A DNA stretch of 43,329 nt, taken from UHGV virus genome UHGV-1380059, one strand, 5' to 3'. Below the pieces are notes generated by a model, which was given only the letters and a program-made list of their open reading frames with translations, made no database searches and was not told the DNA's origin. This DNA is from a virus. Below are positions 42,210-43,329 of the stretch, one piece after another; the first letter of the stretch is position 1, and every line of letters starts with the position of its first letter. Position numbers and translations under genes: made by a program.

Positions 42210-42903
42210 ATGTTCTCAATACCTCCTCTTCTGATAATGGTGGGTTAAGTGATATTTGGTTAACATATAGACTCCACACTCTTACTTCCTCGTGTTCAAG
42301 TCCAGTTGCAAATAATTTACCAATAATTGAGGTTAAAAATATATTCCTTGATCCCTCTCCACATCCTGCAATAATGTCACCTAGTAAATTAGCTGTAAAC
42401 TTTCTCTCTCTTTTTTTATTTTTCTTGGTAATCGTTTTATCTGTAAACATTTCTAACCATTTCTCAGGTAGTTCTGCGAGTTCTACATCACGTACTACTT
42501 CATAATAGTTCCCATCAATTTGACTAGGTGGTGCTACTACGTATCGCAAATGAGTCTGAAAGTCAACGCCCTCTAGTTGTGAGTGGTTTTGAATGAATTG
42601 CGTGTCATTATATTTATCATCTAACTTAAAGTAGTAGTGTAGTCCACCACTTGGAGTCCTAACAACTTTGGTTTTTGGTAAAGTGATGTCATACATTTCT
42701 AAGAAATTTTTCAAGTTGCCAAGACCATCAACTCCGTTATGATTGTCAATATCAATTACTGCAATACCACTTTTTGATCCAGTAAGTGTACCAACGTTGC
42801 CACCTTCTTGTATCCATTTTTGAATTAACTCTTCTGATTCTCCGTCAAACGCTCCAGCCACTAGTGGAGCTTTACCGTTTTTCTTTAGTCTTAGTTGTTT
42901 CAT
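42163..42903 (-). CDS. bifunctional primase-polymerase (PrimPol / D5_N-like) with a PriCT-like C-terminus
   Basis: 'GIAVIDIDNHNG', 'TPSGGLHYYF', C-terminal 'SRNIFLTSIIGKLFATG'. Confidence 0.7.
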   Translation of the reverse strand: MKQLRLKKNGKAPLVAGAFDGESEELIQKWIQEGGNVGTLTGSKSGIAVIDIDNHNGVDGLGNLKNFLEMYDITLPKTKVVRTPSGGLHYYFKLDDKYNDTQFIQNHSQLEGVDFQTHLRYVVAPPSQIDGNYYEVVRDVELAELPEKWLEMFTDKTITKKNKKRERKFTANLLGDIIAGCGEGSRNIFLTSIIGKLFATGLEHEEVRVWSLYVNQISLNPPLSEEEVLRTYESVRKRELRRMADN

Positions 42904-42906
42904 TTA

Positions 42907-43182
42907 TTAATACCTCTCAATCTTATATGCTGTAATGTCTTTTAAGAATATTGTGTAACCCTCTTCTGTATCAACTCTTAACCTTGGGTTTCCTACTGTG
43001 TATTGCTTAAATGCTCCGTCAACAACTTGAGGTCTTGCCTCTGCAATTTTTTTCTCAATTTCTGCAAGTTGTGACCCATGTACATTTACATAGAATGTTA
43101 ATTCTTGCGGTACATTAGTTACAAATCCAGTTATTTTGTATCTTGAATTTGGGTGTGGGTCTTTAAATGTATTGTAATTCAT
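42907..43182 (-). CDS. hypothetical protein (91 aa)
   Basis: ORF track; RBS AGAGGAGGAAGTAAA. Confidence 0.5.
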   Translation of the reverse strand: MNYNTFKDPHPNSRYKITGFVTNVPQELTFYVNVHGSQLAEIEKKIAEARPQVVDGAFKQYTVGNPRLRVDTEEGYTIFLKDITAYKIERY

Positions 43183-43210
43183 TTTACTTCCTCCTCTTAT
43201 TTATGTACTA

Positions 43211-43239
43211 AGTATAACACCCCATTTAAGGGGTGTCAA
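43211..43239 (-). promoter_or_regulatory. Promoter TTGACA-N17-TGtTATACT with a palindromic spacer 'ACACCCCatttaAGGGGTGT'
   Basis: Minus strand reads 'TTGACAccccttaaatggggtgtTATACTtagtacataaataagaggagg' then the ATG at 43182. Confidence 0.6.
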
Positions 43240-43264
43240 CTAGTTTGGCATATTTATTTTTATT

Positions 43265-43329
43265 TTATTTCACACTCTCCTCAATCATCTCATTTGTGAA
43301 GTATTTTCCGTTTGTCACTGTATCAAAAA
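43265..43329 (-). CDS. Probable C-terminal 20 codons of the same SNF2 helicase if the sequence is circular
   Basis: The 1 nt left at position 1 plus the revcomp of 43329-43328 gives codon ATT. Reading continues 'FDTVTNGKYFTNEMIEESVK' to a TAA at 43267-43265, in frame with the helicase. Confidence 0.4.
   Translation of the reverse strand, partial: FDTVTNGKYFTNEMIEESVK

Noticed and set aside
1-43329. Lysogeny module (integrase, CI/Cro repressor, attP), tRNA genes, CRISPR arrays
   Set aside because: No tyrosine/serine recombinase motifs, HTH repressor, cloverleaf-compatible tRNA sequence or regularly spaced repeat-spacer arrays were seen. The phage looks strictly lytic.

Overview
The window looks like a complete genome of a virulent, low-GC siphovirus (tailed phage) of a Gram-positive host, probably Lactobacillales-like, about 43.3 kb. 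It appears to have been linearised inside a gene. The minus-strand SNF2 helicase ORF runs off position 1 and continues in frame at the window's 3' end (43329 down to 43265), ending in a stop codon, which argues for a circular or circularly permuted sequence.

Layout:
- 1-7008 (minus strand): early and replication genes. These include an SNF2 helicase, a VRR-NUC nuclease, an SF3 primase-helicase and many small ORFs.
- 7020-7490: a divergent control region with about 7 copies of a ~20-bp iteron ('TTAGTGACAAAATGAC') flanking an AT-rich tract.
- 7495-32600 (plus strand): late genes.
  - Packaging: small ORFs, a cos-type packaging HNH, a probable cos region, TerS, a ~300-nt GC-rich structured noncoding unit with its own promoter and terminator, and TerL.
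  - Head: portal, HK97-type protease and major capsid protein, and four head-tail joining proteins.
  - Tail: major tail protein, G/GT chaperones with a canonical A_AAA_AAG -1 frameshift site, a GIY-YIG homing endonuclease, a tape measure protein carrying M15-peptidase and SLT domains, a 1037-aa evolved Dit, Tal, and the receptor-binding protein.
  - Lysis: XhlA, holin and an Amidase_2 endolysin.
- 32678-43182 (minus strand): a deoxynucleoside kinase, an NrdH-like redoxin, a family-B DNA polymerase, a TM2 protein, a protein with an SSB-like acidic tail, a DUF1351-like protein, an MBL-fold protein, a DUF3310 protein and a PrimPol.

No integrase, repressor, tRNA or CRISPR array is visible.

Main points of interest:
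- A swarm of NUMOD4/HNH_3-type homing endonucleases: five full-length genes, of which one is disabled by an in-frame TGA plus loss of the catalytic His. There is also one His-less truncated paralog and one stand-alone C-terminal DNA-binding fragment. A GIY-YIG endonuclease and a classical HNH are present in addition.
- The TerS-TerL intergenic structured RNA.
- A lysis cassette flanked by 23-bp perfect (about 42-bp imperfect) direct repeats, one copy of which is the 3' end of the kinase gene.
- Two frameshift-interrupted genes: the P-loop of the kinase, and a zinc-ribbon protein at a T4 homopolymer.
- A family of minus-strand TTGACA-N17-TATACT promoters with palindromic spacers, contrasting with extended -10 (TGnTATAAT) late promoters that lack a -35.

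All calls rest on reading motifs by eye; no database search was possible.
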